A DNA stretch of 64,000 nt from Candidatus Poribacteria bacterium (GTDB lineage Bacteria; Poribacteria; WGA-4E; PCPOR2b), in the NCBI GenBank assembly GCA_965116925.1, contig OZ220744.1, forward strand, positions 4,320,001 through 4,384,000, written 5' to 3'. Below are positions 19,095 through 28,832 of this stretch, piece after piece (within the stretch, counting starts at the first letter, position 1; every line of letters starts with the position of its first letter). The translations under genes were made by a program, and so were the position numbers. The notes under the pieces are model-generated. The model ran no database searches. It saw only the letters and a list, made by a program, of their open reading frames with translations, and was not told the DNA's origin.

Positions 19095-20534
19095 ATGCCT
19101 AAAATCATCGTTGCCAATTATTTCCAAGAAACCAATTCGTTCCATCCGAATCCCACTACGTATGAGGATTTTAGCGTCCACCTGGGCCAGGATTTATTTA
19201 ACGCTGGTCGTGAGGATATCAACGGTGCGCTGAATATTTTTTCTCAACGGTCCGACTTGGAGGTTGTGCCCACTTATGGGGCGAGCATGGGCGCGGGTGG
19301 CACAATCACTCACGAATGTTTTGAGCGAATCACCGGAGAATGCTTGGAAGCGATTGAGAAAAACAGTGCTGGGGCAGACGCGCTGTTTTTCGCTATGCAC
19401 GGGGCAATGGCTGCCGAGGTAGAGAAGGATCCAGAAGGCTACATCCTTCAAGAAACCCGTAAGATTTTGGGGCCGGATGTCCCCATTGTTATCTCTCTGG
19501 ATATGCACGGCACTGTCACCCGGCGTATGTTGGAGATTATGGACGGAGCCGCCATTCTGCATACCTACCCGCACATTGACTGGTATCAGTTGGGCGAACG
19601 GACTGCCACAATGCTACTGAGTATCCTTGATGGCGCGAAGCCAATTATCGGCAGCGTGTACACGCCCACCATGGTGCGTGGAGACGAGCTCAAGACCGCG
19701 ACCGGTGTGCACGGCACGTTCATCAGGCATCTTGAACGGCTTGAAGAACGGGATGATGTCTTAGCAGCGGGGATTATGTTGGGTCATCCACCTACAGACT
19801 GTCCGGAGCAGGGATCTCGAATCATCGTTGTCACCGACAGTAACAGGGAATTGGCTGAGCGGGAAGCGATGCGAATCGGTCAGAACTTCTGGGACATGCG
19901 TGAACGGATGCAGTGCGTTCTGTACAGTGTGGAGGAGGCGATTGAAAACGCAAAGAAAGCGGACGGCGCGGTTGTTTTTTCAGATGCTGCCGACGCCACC
20001 AGCTCTGGCGCGCCGGGTACTAGCAATGCGATTTTAAGAGGATTTTTAGAGAGCGACTACGTAGGACGGGTTCTTTTTCCTATCCGAGATGAGCCGGCGA
20101 TTGAGAACGCGATGGAAGCGGGTTTAGGCAGCACTATCACCGTACCACTCGGCGGCACGAAAGACCCCCGTTTTACCCCGATAGATGTAGAGGTGACAGT
20201 GGAAGCCCTCGCGATAAGAGACAATGTGCCGATAGCTGTTCTCAGGGCTAGCAACATCACTATCGTCGCCGCTACCCAAGGCGGTATACTATGCGATCGG
20301 TGGCTGTATCCCGCTGTTGGCCAAGACCCAAAAACGTTTGACGTCATTATTCAGAAGTTGCCGCATACACCCTATGAATTTTATGACGAGTGGGCTGTCC
20401 GAAATATGACTATTGATGTCCCGGGCGCAGCAAGTCCCAACATTAAGACGCTAGGTCACAAGCTGGTCCGGCGACCGATTTACCCGCTCGATGAAGACAT
20501 GTCCTACACCCCGCAAGTTGAGATATTTGAGTAG
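19095..20534 (+). CDS. M81 metallopeptidase (MlrC family)
   Basis: QETNSF, MHGAM, SLDMHG, YPHID, DAADATSSGAPG; AAGGAG RBS before ATG 19095. Confidence 0.92.
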   Translation: MPKIIVANYFQETNSFHPNPTTYEDFSVHLGQDLFNAGREDINGALNIFSQRSDLEVVPTYGASMGAGGTITHECFERITGECLEAIEKNSAGADALFFAMHGAMAAEVEKDPEGYILQETRKILGPDVPIVISLDMHGTVTRRMLEIMDGAAILHTYPHIDWYQLGERTATMLLSILDGAKPIIGSVYTPTMVRGDELKTATGVHGTFIRHLERLEERDDVLAAGIMLGHPPTDCPEQGSRIIVVTDSNRELAEREAMRIGQNFWDMRERMQCVLYSVEEAIENAKKADGAVVFSDAADATSSGAPGTSNAILRGFLESDYVGRVLFPIRDEPAIENAMEAGLGSTITVPLGGTKDPRFTPIDVEVTVEALAIRDNVPIAVLRASNITIVAATQGGILCDRWLYPAVGQDPKTFDVIIQKLPHTPYEFYDEWAVRNMTIDVPGAASPNIKTLGHKLVRRPIYPLDEDMSYTPQVEIFE

Positions 20535-20654
20535 TGGATCGCGGCAAAGATAGGTTTGAATTAATTTTCTTGTCATTTTGTCATTAGGTCATGATATAAT
20601 TTTGCTCAGTTTTAGTATGCCTCGGATTATTTTTAACAGGGGAGGGCTCCATAA

Positions 20655-22316
20655 ATGGTAGACGATAGCAGAGAAGAACACCGAATGATCATTTTTGGCA
20701 ATGACAGTGACCCCGTCCAAGAGCACCTAATTCGAGAAGACGGTGCAGACAGAGGATTTTCTACGCAAAACGGGATTTTAGAGCGGAAAATTCATGCCGA
20801 ATCCTATACAGTCACTCTGTATGCGTTACTGAAAGATTACGGTCTAATCCCTGTTTTTCGGATTAAGCCGAGGATACGATTCCGCCGATTTAACTACGAT
20901 AACCAAGCTTCGAGCGCGCCGCTCCGTTACAACTTAAATGACATTGTTGATTTTGCCGAAGTCAAACGTGGTATTGAATCGGGCGAACCTGTAGATAGTG
21001 CGCTTCAGGAGCAGGTCTTCGGAGATGCTCCCACCCTTGAAGATTTGTCTGATGATCCTGCGCTAAAGCTGGTTTCTCAGCGCGATCTGTTTTTACGCAA
21101 TCCGCCTTTTAAGACCAAGACCAAGGTCTTCGGCGGCGAGGAGGGTGATGCACACGGGATTCCAATCGGAAAATTCCTTGATGCTCTCAACCATCCCGCA
21201 CAAACTCAATCTATTTTCAAACCCTTTCCTCAAGGTTCATCGTTTGCCACGGATCTCTTGGAAGCCTTAGAACCTTTTCATCACTTGGAATTTCAGTTTG
21301 GTGTTTATTCACGCTATGAAAGACGAGACTGTGTGCTAGCAGGTGATATCTCTAAAGCCGCGGGCGGATACCGTACCACTTTTGATCCGTGGACAGTATT
21401 GGGGTATATCCACTCTGATGGTCAGATGCAGCAGCTCCAGATACTTGCCCATGAAAGAGGCACACGGTGGGAACATAAAATTATGATTGAGGATATGGAC
21501 GCGCCTACACTTGAACTGATTTCTCAAGAGATACGCACGTTACGACAGGATAATCTTATTGGTCGGGTTTTGTCCAAAAGTCAGACAGGCTTATCGCTCC
21601 TAGCAAACACACAAGAAACACGGGTCAATGCAACGAATGATCTGTTTGTAGATTATGAGTTGAAAGTGGAAACGTCCATTCCGAACAACCGGTATGCAGA
21701 CATTGAATGCCGAAGAAGATTACGCCGTGTTTTTAACTCAAATGGTCAATACCAGCTTCATCCTCTTAATAAGGATATTGTTGAAAGACATCTTAACCTT
21801 GCAAAAGGTGTCAACAGTGGTGTGGTATATACTCTGGATAATGTCTATCTGATGCAGGGACCGGCTCCGCAAAAGGTCCAAGAGGCGGATTTGCTCATCA
21901 CAAGAACCCCGATTCGCGAAAGAGTCGTTATGCGGTCGGCACGGGACCTGAGGGAACGGATGCCAACAAATGGATTTGAGAAATGCTGGAATGAGTCTAT
22001 TGATGAGGCAGGATATACGATTGTCAACAAGGCAAGTGGCAGATGCTATACCGTCAGTTACGGTAGAAGGAAAACTGGAAATATCCTTGATGGTACAGTG
22101 CAAACACAACCCTTGGAACATTACCTCTCAGTCAAATATCTAGGAATCGTTCCTGACCGTTACGGAGATTTTATCTCTAAGACTTCCGCAGGCACCACGA
22201 GGAAGCGGGATATTCCACCGCGGGTGCTGTTTGGAATGATGTCCACAAGGGAAAACAGAGTTATTCAAGAGATGAAAAGTCTGGTGGTGCATCTAAAAAA
22301 TAACGGATTGGTCTGA
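20655..22316 (+). CDS. Hypothetical protein with VTC/CYTH (triphosphate tunnel)-like motifs
   Basis: 553-aa ORF with GGAGG RBS; ordered motifs REEHR, YTVTLY, KPRIRFRRF, FAEVKR, RYERR, RTTFD, WEHK. Function is inferred. Confidence 0.55.
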   Translation: MVDDSREEHRMIIFGNDSDPVQEHLIREDGADRGFSTQNGILERKIHAESYTVTLYALLKDYGLIPVFRIKPRIRFRRFNYDNQASSAPLRYNLNDIVDFAEVKRGIESGEPVDSALQEQVFGDAPTLEDLSDDPALKLVSQRDLFLRNPPFKTKTKVFGGEEGDAHGIPIGKFLDALNHPAQTQSIFKPFPQGSSFATDLLEALEPFHHLEFQFGVYSRYERRDCVLAGDISKAAGGYRTTFDPWTVLGYIHSDGQMQQLQILAHERGTRWEHKIMIEDMDAPTLELISQEIRTLRQDNLIGRVLSKSQTGLSLLANTQETRVNATNDLFVDYELKVETSIPNNRYADIECRRRLRRVFNSNGQYQLHPLNKDIVERHLNLAKGVNSGVVYTLDNVYLMQGPAPQKVQEADLLITRTPIRERVVMRSARDLRERMPTNGFEKCWNESIDEAGYTIVNKASGRCYTVSYGRRKTGNILDGTVQTQPLEHYLSVKYLGIVPDRYGDFISKTSAGTTRKRDIPPRVLFGMMSTRENRVIQEMKSLVVHLKNNGLV

Positions 22317-22376
22317 GATGATTCTAATCCTCCCTTGAGGGTTTAAGTCATTGCACACATAGGAGTGGGCAAACCG

Positions 22377-23504
22377 ATGATTGAGATTCGCGGGACAGGT
22401 CACATCTACCGTAACCCGAAGCCGCATCTTCGCGCTCGACATGCGTGGCACCCAACTTTGGTGGTCATTGACGAAAACGAACTCATTGCCGCGTTTGACA
22501 TCGGTGAGGCGGTTGAGAGTTTGGATTACCGGACCTATATCAGTCGCAGCGATGACGGTGGACAAACTTGGGACGCACCGGTGCCGATGCTCCCCGATAA
22601 TCTAATCCAGTATCCGACGCGGCGCACCACACACATCGGGCGACCGAGACGGATGTCGGACGGCGAACTGGTCGCATTCGTCGCTCGTTTTTACCGCGAT
22701 GATCCCGAACAAGGCATCTGGAATCCGGACACGACAGGCTTAGTTGAGATGGATTTGATGGTAGCGCGGAGCACGGATGACGGTTTGACTTGGGGACAAC
22801 CCCAGCACATCTCACCGCCTCTGGTGGGGCAACCCTTTGAGGTCTGTCATACGATTGTCGAGTTAGCGGACGATCGATGGTTGGCTCCGGTGTCATGCCT
22901 GCGATGTTGGGACGGCGCAGCTCCCAACGGTCTGAAGGTTATCGGGTTGGTTTCCGCCGATCAGGGGGTGACTTGGCCCACATACGTTGACATCCTCGAC
23001 GACTTTGCCAACGGGGTTGTCCATTTTGAGCAGTCAGTTGTACAGTTGGCAGATGAACGACTGCTCGCTGTTGGCTGGGGGTTCGATGAACGCATCGGCA
23101 AGACAAAGGCGGTCAACTACGCGGTCAGTCAGGATGGCAAGACGTTTTCGACTCCACCACGTCCGACGGGCTTGAATGGGGAGACTAGTAAGCTCTTAGC
23201 ACTGCCGGATGGGCGTGTCGTTTGTGTTTATCGTGGCATTGACCCGCCGGGGCTGTGTGGTACTATCGCGCATCTTGACGGAGAGGAATGGAGACACGAC
23301 GAACCACAGGTTCTATGGCAGGGTGATAGGCTCACAAGAATGTTCGGGGAAGCAACCGCTACAGAGGAACTGCGCTCGTTAAAGCTCGGTTGTCCTAACC
23401 TTGCCCTGCTGCCCGATGGCGATGTGCTGGTCGCGTTTTGGTGCCACGAGGATGAGGTCTACAACATCCGCTGGGTACGGCTTGTGGTCGGGGGCTTTCT
23501 TTAG
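22377..23504 (+). CDS. Sialidase/BNR-repeat family protein
   Basis: Asp-boxes SRSDDGGQTW, RSTDDGLTW, SADQGVTW, SQDGKTF. Confidence 0.85.
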   Translation: MIEIRGTGHIYRNPKPHLRARHAWHPTLVVIDENELIAAFDIGEAVESLDYRTYISRSDDGGQTWDAPVPMLPDNLIQYPTRRTTHIGRPRRMSDGELVAFVARFYRDDPEQGIWNPDTTGLVEMDLMVARSTDDGLTWGQPQHISPPLVGQPFEVCHTIVELADDRWLAPVSCLRCWDGAAPNGLKVIGLVSADQGVTWPTYVDILDDFANGVVHFEQSVVQLADERLLAVGWGFDERIGKTKAVNYAVSQDGKTFSTPPRPTGLNGETSKLLALPDGRVVCVYRGIDPPGLCGTIAHLDGEEWRHDEPQVLWQGDRLTRMFGEATATEELRSLKLGCPNLALLPDGDVLVAFWCHEDEVYNIRWVRLVVGGFL

Positions 23505-23818
23505 TGCCAATTAGGGAGACTTTCACCATATAGCGAATTAGTAATATTGACCGGCTTCGCCCCGTCTTTGTTTATCACAAAGATGTCTGTATTTCCGTCC
23601 AAGTATCTCTCATAGGCTATCCGCTGCCTATCAGGCGACCACGTGGGGCGACGACTATCTCCTTGAAATAGGGTGAGGTTGTTCTGGTTCGAGTTGTCGG
23701 TGTTCATGACGGAGATATCCCACTCCCCTTCACGGTGCGACATACAGGCGATTTGCTTGCTATCGGGCGACCAGTCCGGGTATTCCTCGTCGGACAGATA
23801 ATCAATCAAACGCTTCAA
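23501..23818 (-). pseudogene. TolB-like PD40-repeat fragment, probably truncated
   Basis: PDWSPD and PTWSPD repeats, only about 2.5 blades, no RBS or signal peptide. Confidence 0.6.
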
Positions 23819-23827
23819 GAGAAGGAA

Positions 23828-24169
23828 TTAAGCAAGATAGTCGAGGCTTCGGAACTCGTCATGGAGTGATCGCGCCAATTCTTGGAGAGCATCCGCCTGC
23901 ATATCAGAAGTTTTGGCGAATTCATTCATTCCGGCGTTGATAAAATCGTGTCCGACTAAAACTTGTTTATATCCCCATTCAACCATTGCACGTCCCTTAT
24001 TATAGGTTGCATGTGCATGGTTTGGGTTTAAGCGGAGTGCCGCGTTGAAATCGGCAATACCTTCTTCATAATCTTGGTTACGGCATTTGTCAATGCCATT
24101 GTTGGTAATGAGATCTGCATCTGTTCTCGGAATATCAATTTCCCTATAGTCAGGTAGTTGGTAATTCAT
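23828..24169 (-). CDS. Small TPR-repeat protein
   Basis: DYEEGIADFNAALRLNPNHAHATYNKG; GGGAG RBS. Confidence 0.75.
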   Translation of the reverse strand: MNYQLPDYREIDIPRTDADLITNNGIDKCRNQDYEEGIADFNAALRLNPNHAHATYNKGRAMVEWGYKQVLVGHDFINAGMNEFAKTSDMQADALQELARSLHDEFRSLDYLA

Positions 24170-24224
24170 ATCATTCTCCCTTTGGGGGAAGTGGGTGTCC
24201 AGTCTCCACTAGACCCCCGGTTGT

Positions 24225-24572
24225 TCAGGTTAGCTTTTGAAAGGGTTTCCCATAATCATTTTCTCCATCTGTGCCTTTTATAAGCCCACACATGATGAAA
24301 ATATAGAAAGTTCCTATTATCGGTATTAAGCCTGCCAAACAATACCAACCAGATCGATTAGTATCGTGCAGACGTTTTACGACAACAGTAATATCTATGA
24401 AGAGTAAGATAAGGAACGAACAGAATGCTATAATTGGACCACCTGGCTTGCCTGCATTTTCATTTATTAGAAAAATACAGAATATGACTATAGCACTAAC
24501 AATGGTACAACCCCAAAACAAAGTTCTGTTAATCCTCCCCTTAAAGGAAAAACAGAATTGTGCAAACGTCAT
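24225..24572 (-). CDS. DUF805 family membrane protein
   Basis: FSFKGRINR, VKRLHDTNRSGW, GENDYG. Confidence 0.92.
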   Translation of the reverse strand: MTFAQFCFSFKGRINRTLFWGCTIVSAIVIFCIFLINENAGKPGGPIIAFCSFLILLFIDITVVVKRLHDTNRSGWYCLAGLIPIIGTFYIFIMCGLIKGTDGENDYGKPFQKLT

Positions 24573-24633
24573 GACAAAATTTCCTTTTCATAAAAAGTTT
24601 AATGGCACACCAGACTATACTGGCTGCGATAGG

Positions 24634-25092
24634 TTATCGCACATTTAGGCTGTCAGGAAGATGCCCTTTAACTTCTCCCGATTTATCAGCGACAGTTATT
24701 ATTCCCATTCCTTCATACATACTCATGAGGACTCCACCTTTCCCTGGACCGCCAGAGAGCAATATATTTCCTCCGTATTCATTGACAACCAAATCAACTT
24801 TACCGTTTCGTTTTTGATCAACGAGGTATAAGGCTGGCTTTTTTTTCTCTGTAGTCAATGAAGCGATGAAGTTCTCCGTTTTGTCCATGATAGCTAAGGT
24901 GCCCCCCTCTTGGTTGGCAGTTAAAAGAATGCGAGGCTCTCCCGTCTCATCAACTACCGCCAACGAGGTGCATACAATATCCGTTCCCTTTTGTGCTGTA
25001 ACGGGTGGGGCAATGGTACTGCCAAACAACATACCTACAAGGGCGAGCAATGCCCCAAACAGCGTGTATACCAACTTCTGTCTAAAATTCAT
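24634..25092 (-). CDS. Hypothetical secreted or membrane-anchored beta-rich protein
   Basis: AAGGAG RBS, N-terminal hydrophobic helix, repeated short beta-hairpin pattern. Confidence 0.7.
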   Translation of the reverse strand: MNFRQKLVYTLFGALLALVGMLFGSTIAPPVTAQKGTDIVCTSLAVVDETGEPRILLTANQEGGTLAIMDKTENFIASLTTEKKKPALYLVDQKRNGKVDLVVNEYGGNILLSGGPGKGGVLMSMYEGMGIITVADKSGEVKGHLPDSLNVR

Positions 25093-25305
25093 CTATATTC
25101 TCCTTTACATTGCTCAAATGTTCTATTGAGCGTCTTTGGCTTCGACAAGCGCATGCTTGTGTGCAATCGCTGGATACGCATTGTGGTCAGTTGAAGTTGA
25201 GATGGTGACTGCCATTAAATGAGTGAAAAATCTGTATGAATACAGAATGCCTGTCCCCGAATACCAGCCATTAGGAGCAAAATACTGGAATCCCGAACGG
25301 TATGG

Positions 25306-26385
25306 TCATGAATAGGATCGCCCACCGGCATATATGCCATCGACAATAGCCTGATCCGTCCACATCTCCTTCGGTGTGATGAGCGGTGACGTTTTGCCGA
25401 GTGCACAATCGATAAAATGTAGTGCTTCGGTGCGGGTTCGCACCCTCGGGTTATCTTGGAATGTTTCAGCGATGCCGGGGGCTACGTCCTCCGTCACATC
25501 TACGTAATCGCCGTCCTGCCACGTCAATAACCGAAACGGCGACAATGAAGCGAAACCCTCCGTTCCCCACACATCAACACCGCTATCCCTCGCTTTCGGG
25601 GGTGCCAACCACATACTCTCAACCGACAACGTAATATCATCGGCAAAGGTCACATAGCCGCTCACCAAATCCTCAACATCGTAGGTGTCTCGGACTGCTT
25701 CCAGATCGGGGGGCAACGTGGAGAGATCTCCAAAACGTGCGCTCGCCCGGCCTTCTACGGAGAGGAGAGTGGGGCAACCGAGGAACCAAACCCCTAGATC
25801 CAGTGTATGCACACCGGTGCTGGCGAGTGAGCCACCTCCGGACCGGGACTTGATGTAATGTGGTCCCCAAACCGGGACGCTTTCCGCGTGTATCCACGTG
25901 CGTGCGAAGCGAGGTGTTCCCAATCCGCCGCTACGGATGAAGTTGTGTGCCGCCTGTGCATCTTTACGGAAGCGAAAATTGTAACCGACCATCAGCATTC
26001 GGTCTGCCCGCTCCGCCGCTTGAAGCATCGCTTCTGCGTTGGTGAGTGAGGGTGCCATCGGCTTGGCTGCTAGCACATGGGCACCGCTGTTGAGTGCGGC
26101 AATGGTCACAGTCGGCCGGACATCCGCCATTGTGCCAACCATGACGACATCAAGAGATTCTTGATCGAACATCTCTTGATAATCCGTGTAAGTTGCTGCA
26201 CGTGGTCGCTGTGGGTGTGCGTCAAACAGCTCGCGGGCGACTGTTTCGGCGCGTTCTTCATCGACATCGCACACTGCAATCAGATTGGCGTCTGGGTGAT
26301 TGACTACGTTGTCTGAGTATGCGTGGCGGCCGAAGGAGCCGCAGCCGACGACACCGACGCGCAATGGACGAGAGATGTTATTCAT
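25306..26385 (-). CDS. Gfo/Idh/MocA family oxidoreductase
   Basis: GVVGCG, AKP variant, GYNFRF, GGGSLASTGVHTLD. Confidence 0.93.
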   Translation of the reverse strand: MNNISRPLRVGVVGCGSFGRHAYSDNVVNHPDANLIAVCDVDEERAETVARELFDAHPQRPRAATYTDYQEMFDQESLDVVMVGTMADVRPTVTIAALNSGAHVLAAKPMAPSLTNAEAMLQAAERADRMLMVGYNFRFRKDAQAAHNFIRSGGLGTPRFARTWIHAESVPVWGPHYIKSRSGGGSLASTGVHTLDLGVWFLGCPTLLSVEGRASARFGDLSTLPPDLEAVRDTYDVEDLVSGYVTFADDITLSVESMWLAPPKARDSGVDVWGTEGFASLSPFRLLTWQDGDYVDVTEDVAPGIAETFQDNPRVRTRTEALHFIDCALGKTSPLITPKEMWTDQAIVDGIYAGGRSYS

Positions 26386-26496
26386 GTTGCCTCCTCAGAA
26401 TTTAGGATATAGTATTACAATCAAGATCGGCAATAACCTCTGGTGCTAGTTTAATGAGAAAATTTTTCCACATTGTTCAAGAGTTCATTGGTTTAT

Positions 26497-26829
26497 TATG
26501 GTAGATTTCAGAATTAATCAGACACTGTGAACAAGCAAGATCAATAACCTTGTTCGTAGAGTTACGGCACACGGAGTGTGCCTACTACTTTTTGTGTCTA
26601 TTTATTTTTAGGATACACATGTCGCCCCGCTGGGGTTTTCGGTTACTTGTTTACCCGTGTACGATAGACATGTCGCCCCTCTGGGGCTAAATGAACTGCT
26701 AAACCAATGCAAACTACCACCATTGATTATAGTAGATTTTAGAATTAATGGGACACGCCAAACCGGTGCGGTTACAAACCCCACCTACCGGGCGGCGCAA
26801 GTGTTTCTTTATTTTTTGAATTCACTATA
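26497..26829. mobile_element. Repeat cluster: shell A copy 3 (26497-~26618, different cargo), tandem family-C hairpins (26614-26687), shell A copy 4 (26728-26829)
   Basis: Shell arms match 7297-7397; cargo is GGCACAC-GGA-GTGTGCC-TAC in copy 3 and GGTGCGGTTACAAACCCCACC-TAC in copy 4. Confidence 0.78.
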
Positions 26830-26865
26830 ATATGATGTTATCATACTTTGCGAAATAGGTGATCG

Positions 26866-27687
26866 TCATACTTCCACCGACCCCGGGGCATCAAAGTAGC
26901 CGACTTCTGTCAGGCGGTCAATCCAAAATTGACGAGTTAAGCTGCCCTGCGGATTGGACATCCATCGTTTCGAGTATAAATACTGCCGTTTGGGATTAAA
27001 TGCCTTGACCCCGGCTTGGGCGTTACCTTCGCCTTGCCTACGGAGTGCTTCAATTTCCTCGGGGATCTTGGGATTTGCATAATAGACGACTGTGCACATA
27101 CGGCGGTCATTGCTTCCCCCATAAGAGGCGTGCCACATGCGAAGGTCAAATGCAACCACGTCTCCCGGCTCAGAAGCGAGTGCGGTACACGGTACTTGCT
27201 CCAGCGGCAGTGACCGGACACCATCGGCGAACTCGTCATCATTAGGGAGTCGATGGGCACTAGGAATGACACGCAACGCTCCTGTATTCCCGTCTACCGG
27301 TTCTAAATAAAACGCAAACTTCACGCCGTACTGATGAACCGTACCGGTGTCACGGTGCCAACGTGTGTTACCGGTATAGCGATTGGCGTCTGTGCCGATA
27401 CCGAGCACATCGTCACCGTACAACTGTTTAGCAACAGTCAAAAAACGGGGGTCCTCCATCAGGCTCGCAAAGAAAGGCGTTTCCTCGTCCGTCATCGGTG
27501 CCCAGTGTCGCTCTGTACCATCGTATGGTTTGTGTGCGTATTGCTCTGCCATGGTAGTATCAAATTCTTGGTGGATTGTTGCGAGTTCATCGGCTGAGAA
27601 TAACCCCTTCAGTACCGTATAACCGAACGTCTTGTGGAAATCTATCTGATCCTCAGTGAGCCCTACTGTATCAGTGGTTTGATTCAT
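26866..27687 (-). CDS. PhyH family Fe/2-oxoglutarate dioxygenase
   Basis: WHRD, GALRVIPSAH, PGDVVAFD, WHAS, DRR. Confidence 0.9.
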   Translation of the reverse strand: MNQTTDTVGLTEDQIDFHKTFGYTVLKGLFSADELATIHQEFDTTMAEQYAHKPYDGTERHWAPMTDEETPFFASLMEDPRFLTVAKQLYGDDVLGIGTDANRYTGNTRWHRDTGTVHQYGVKFAFYLEPVDGNTGALRVIPSAHRLPNDDEFADGVRSLPLEQVPCTALASEPGDVVAFDLRMWHASYGGSNDRRMCTVVYYANPKIPEEIEALRRQGEGNAQAGVKAFNPKRQYLYSKRWMSNPQGSLTRQFWIDRLTEVGYFDAPGSVEV

Positions 27688-27718
27688 GTTCTTATCTCCT
27701 TTCTGTAGGTTGGGTGAG

Positions 27719-27744
27719 TAGGGAACGCAGATCTGCGTTCCCTA
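27719..27744. repeat. Perfect 26-bp palindrome TAGGGAACGCAGATCTGCGTTCCCTA (REP)
   Basis: Self-complementary and begins within GTAG; second copy at 30298-30321. Confidence 0.85.
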
Positions 27745-27759
27745 TAATCTGAAGTTCAC

Positions 27760-28806
27760 CTAGGGAACCTCCACGCCTAGCGATGTTGCTGTCTCGGTGA
27801 CGGACTGCCATATATCTTCGGCGATGGGGATACCGTCGCGTTGACGGGCGGCGCGTGTCCGAACCTCTGGATCGCCGGGCATCAGGACTTCATCGAAGCC
27901 GGGTGCCGGTGGAATCGCCCGGACGCGATGTCCCATTTCATCAGCGCGATCCGCATAATCCGAGAAGGGTTGGAACAGATCCGCTTTGAAAGCGATAAAT
28001 GTTACACCTTGATGCCGCATAATCGGACCGCCGTGTTTGGGATCAACAAAAGCATCCGCTCCTGTGAAGATTCGCCCTAGGAACTCTGTTGCCATCATCA
28101 AGGCATAGCCCTTGTGCCCGCCAAACGGGACATGCCCACCGCCATTAACGAAATCGTTCGCATCCGTGCTGGGATTCCCATCTTTGTCGACAATGCAGTT
28201 GGGCGGTAACGGCTCCCCTCTGCGCTGGGCGTTGAGAACTTTGACACCGGAAACTGCTGCTGTTGCAAAGTCGAACATCATTTGCGGCGCATCGCCGGAG
28301 GGAAATCCCATTGCTAGTGGATTGGTATGGAGAACCGTTTTGCTGCCACCGTAGGGAACGGTTGCGGGTTCTTCTTCAGAGTATCCTCCCGCCCAAACCA
28401 TAGCGATTAGTCTTTCAGATGCAGCCATCTCCACATAATGACCTAGTCTCCCGATATGATCTGCCTGAACAAGTCCGACCACGGCAATGTCATTCTCTTT
28501 CGCTTTTGTTATGGCGACTTCTATCGCATATTTGGCAGCGACTTGACCGAAGGTCCAATTTCCTGTTATTTGGGCACTTGTGGCGGTCTCGTTTAGAATT
28601 TCCGGATGGGCTGTTGCTACAATCTCACCGGATTTGGAGGATTCCACATAACGCGGTAAATGCCAGATACCGTGTGTATCAACGCCGCTAAGGTTTGCCA
28701 GAACTAGATGCTCTGCTACGTCTTCTGCGTTTGGCTCATCGGCACCTGCGGCCAAGAGAACGTTCTTGACCAGTTGATGAAGTTCGTCCCCTGTCTTGAT
28801 TATCAT
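27760..28806 (-). CDS. Ldh_2 family oxidoreductase (malate/L-lactate/ureidoglycolate dehydrogenase-like)
   Basis: GVDTHG, HIGRLG, TNPLA, DFAT, FGGHKGYAL; AGGAG RBS before ATG 28806. Confidence 0.92.
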   Translation of the reverse strand: MIIKTGDELHQLVKNVLLAAGADEPNAEDVAEHLVLANLSGVDTHGIWHLPRYVESSKSGEIVATAHPEILNETATSAQITGNWTFGQVAAKYAIEVAITKAKENDIAVVGLVQADHIGRLGHYVEMAASERLIAMVWAGGYSEEEPATVPYGGSKTVLHTNPLAMGFPSGDAPQMMFDFATAAVSGVKVLNAQRRGEPLPPNCIVDKDGNPSTDANDFVNGGGHVPFGGHKGYALMMATEFLGRIFTGADAFVDPKHGGPIMRHQGVTFIAFKADLFQPFSDYADRADEMGHRVRAIPPAPGFDEVLMPGDPEVRTRAARQRDGIPIAEDIWQSVTETATSLGVEVP

Positions 28807-28832
28807 TGTTTTCTCCTGGATCTGTGTGTGGG

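Noticed and set aside
20570..20592. Three GTCAT direct repeats as a Pho box upstream of the VTC-like gene
   Set aside because: Period is 8 bp, not the 11 bp of PhoB boxes; may still be another operator.
26497..26829. Repeat cluster as a CRISPR array
   Set aside because: At most two similar units in tandem, no series of regular spacers, no cas genes in the window.
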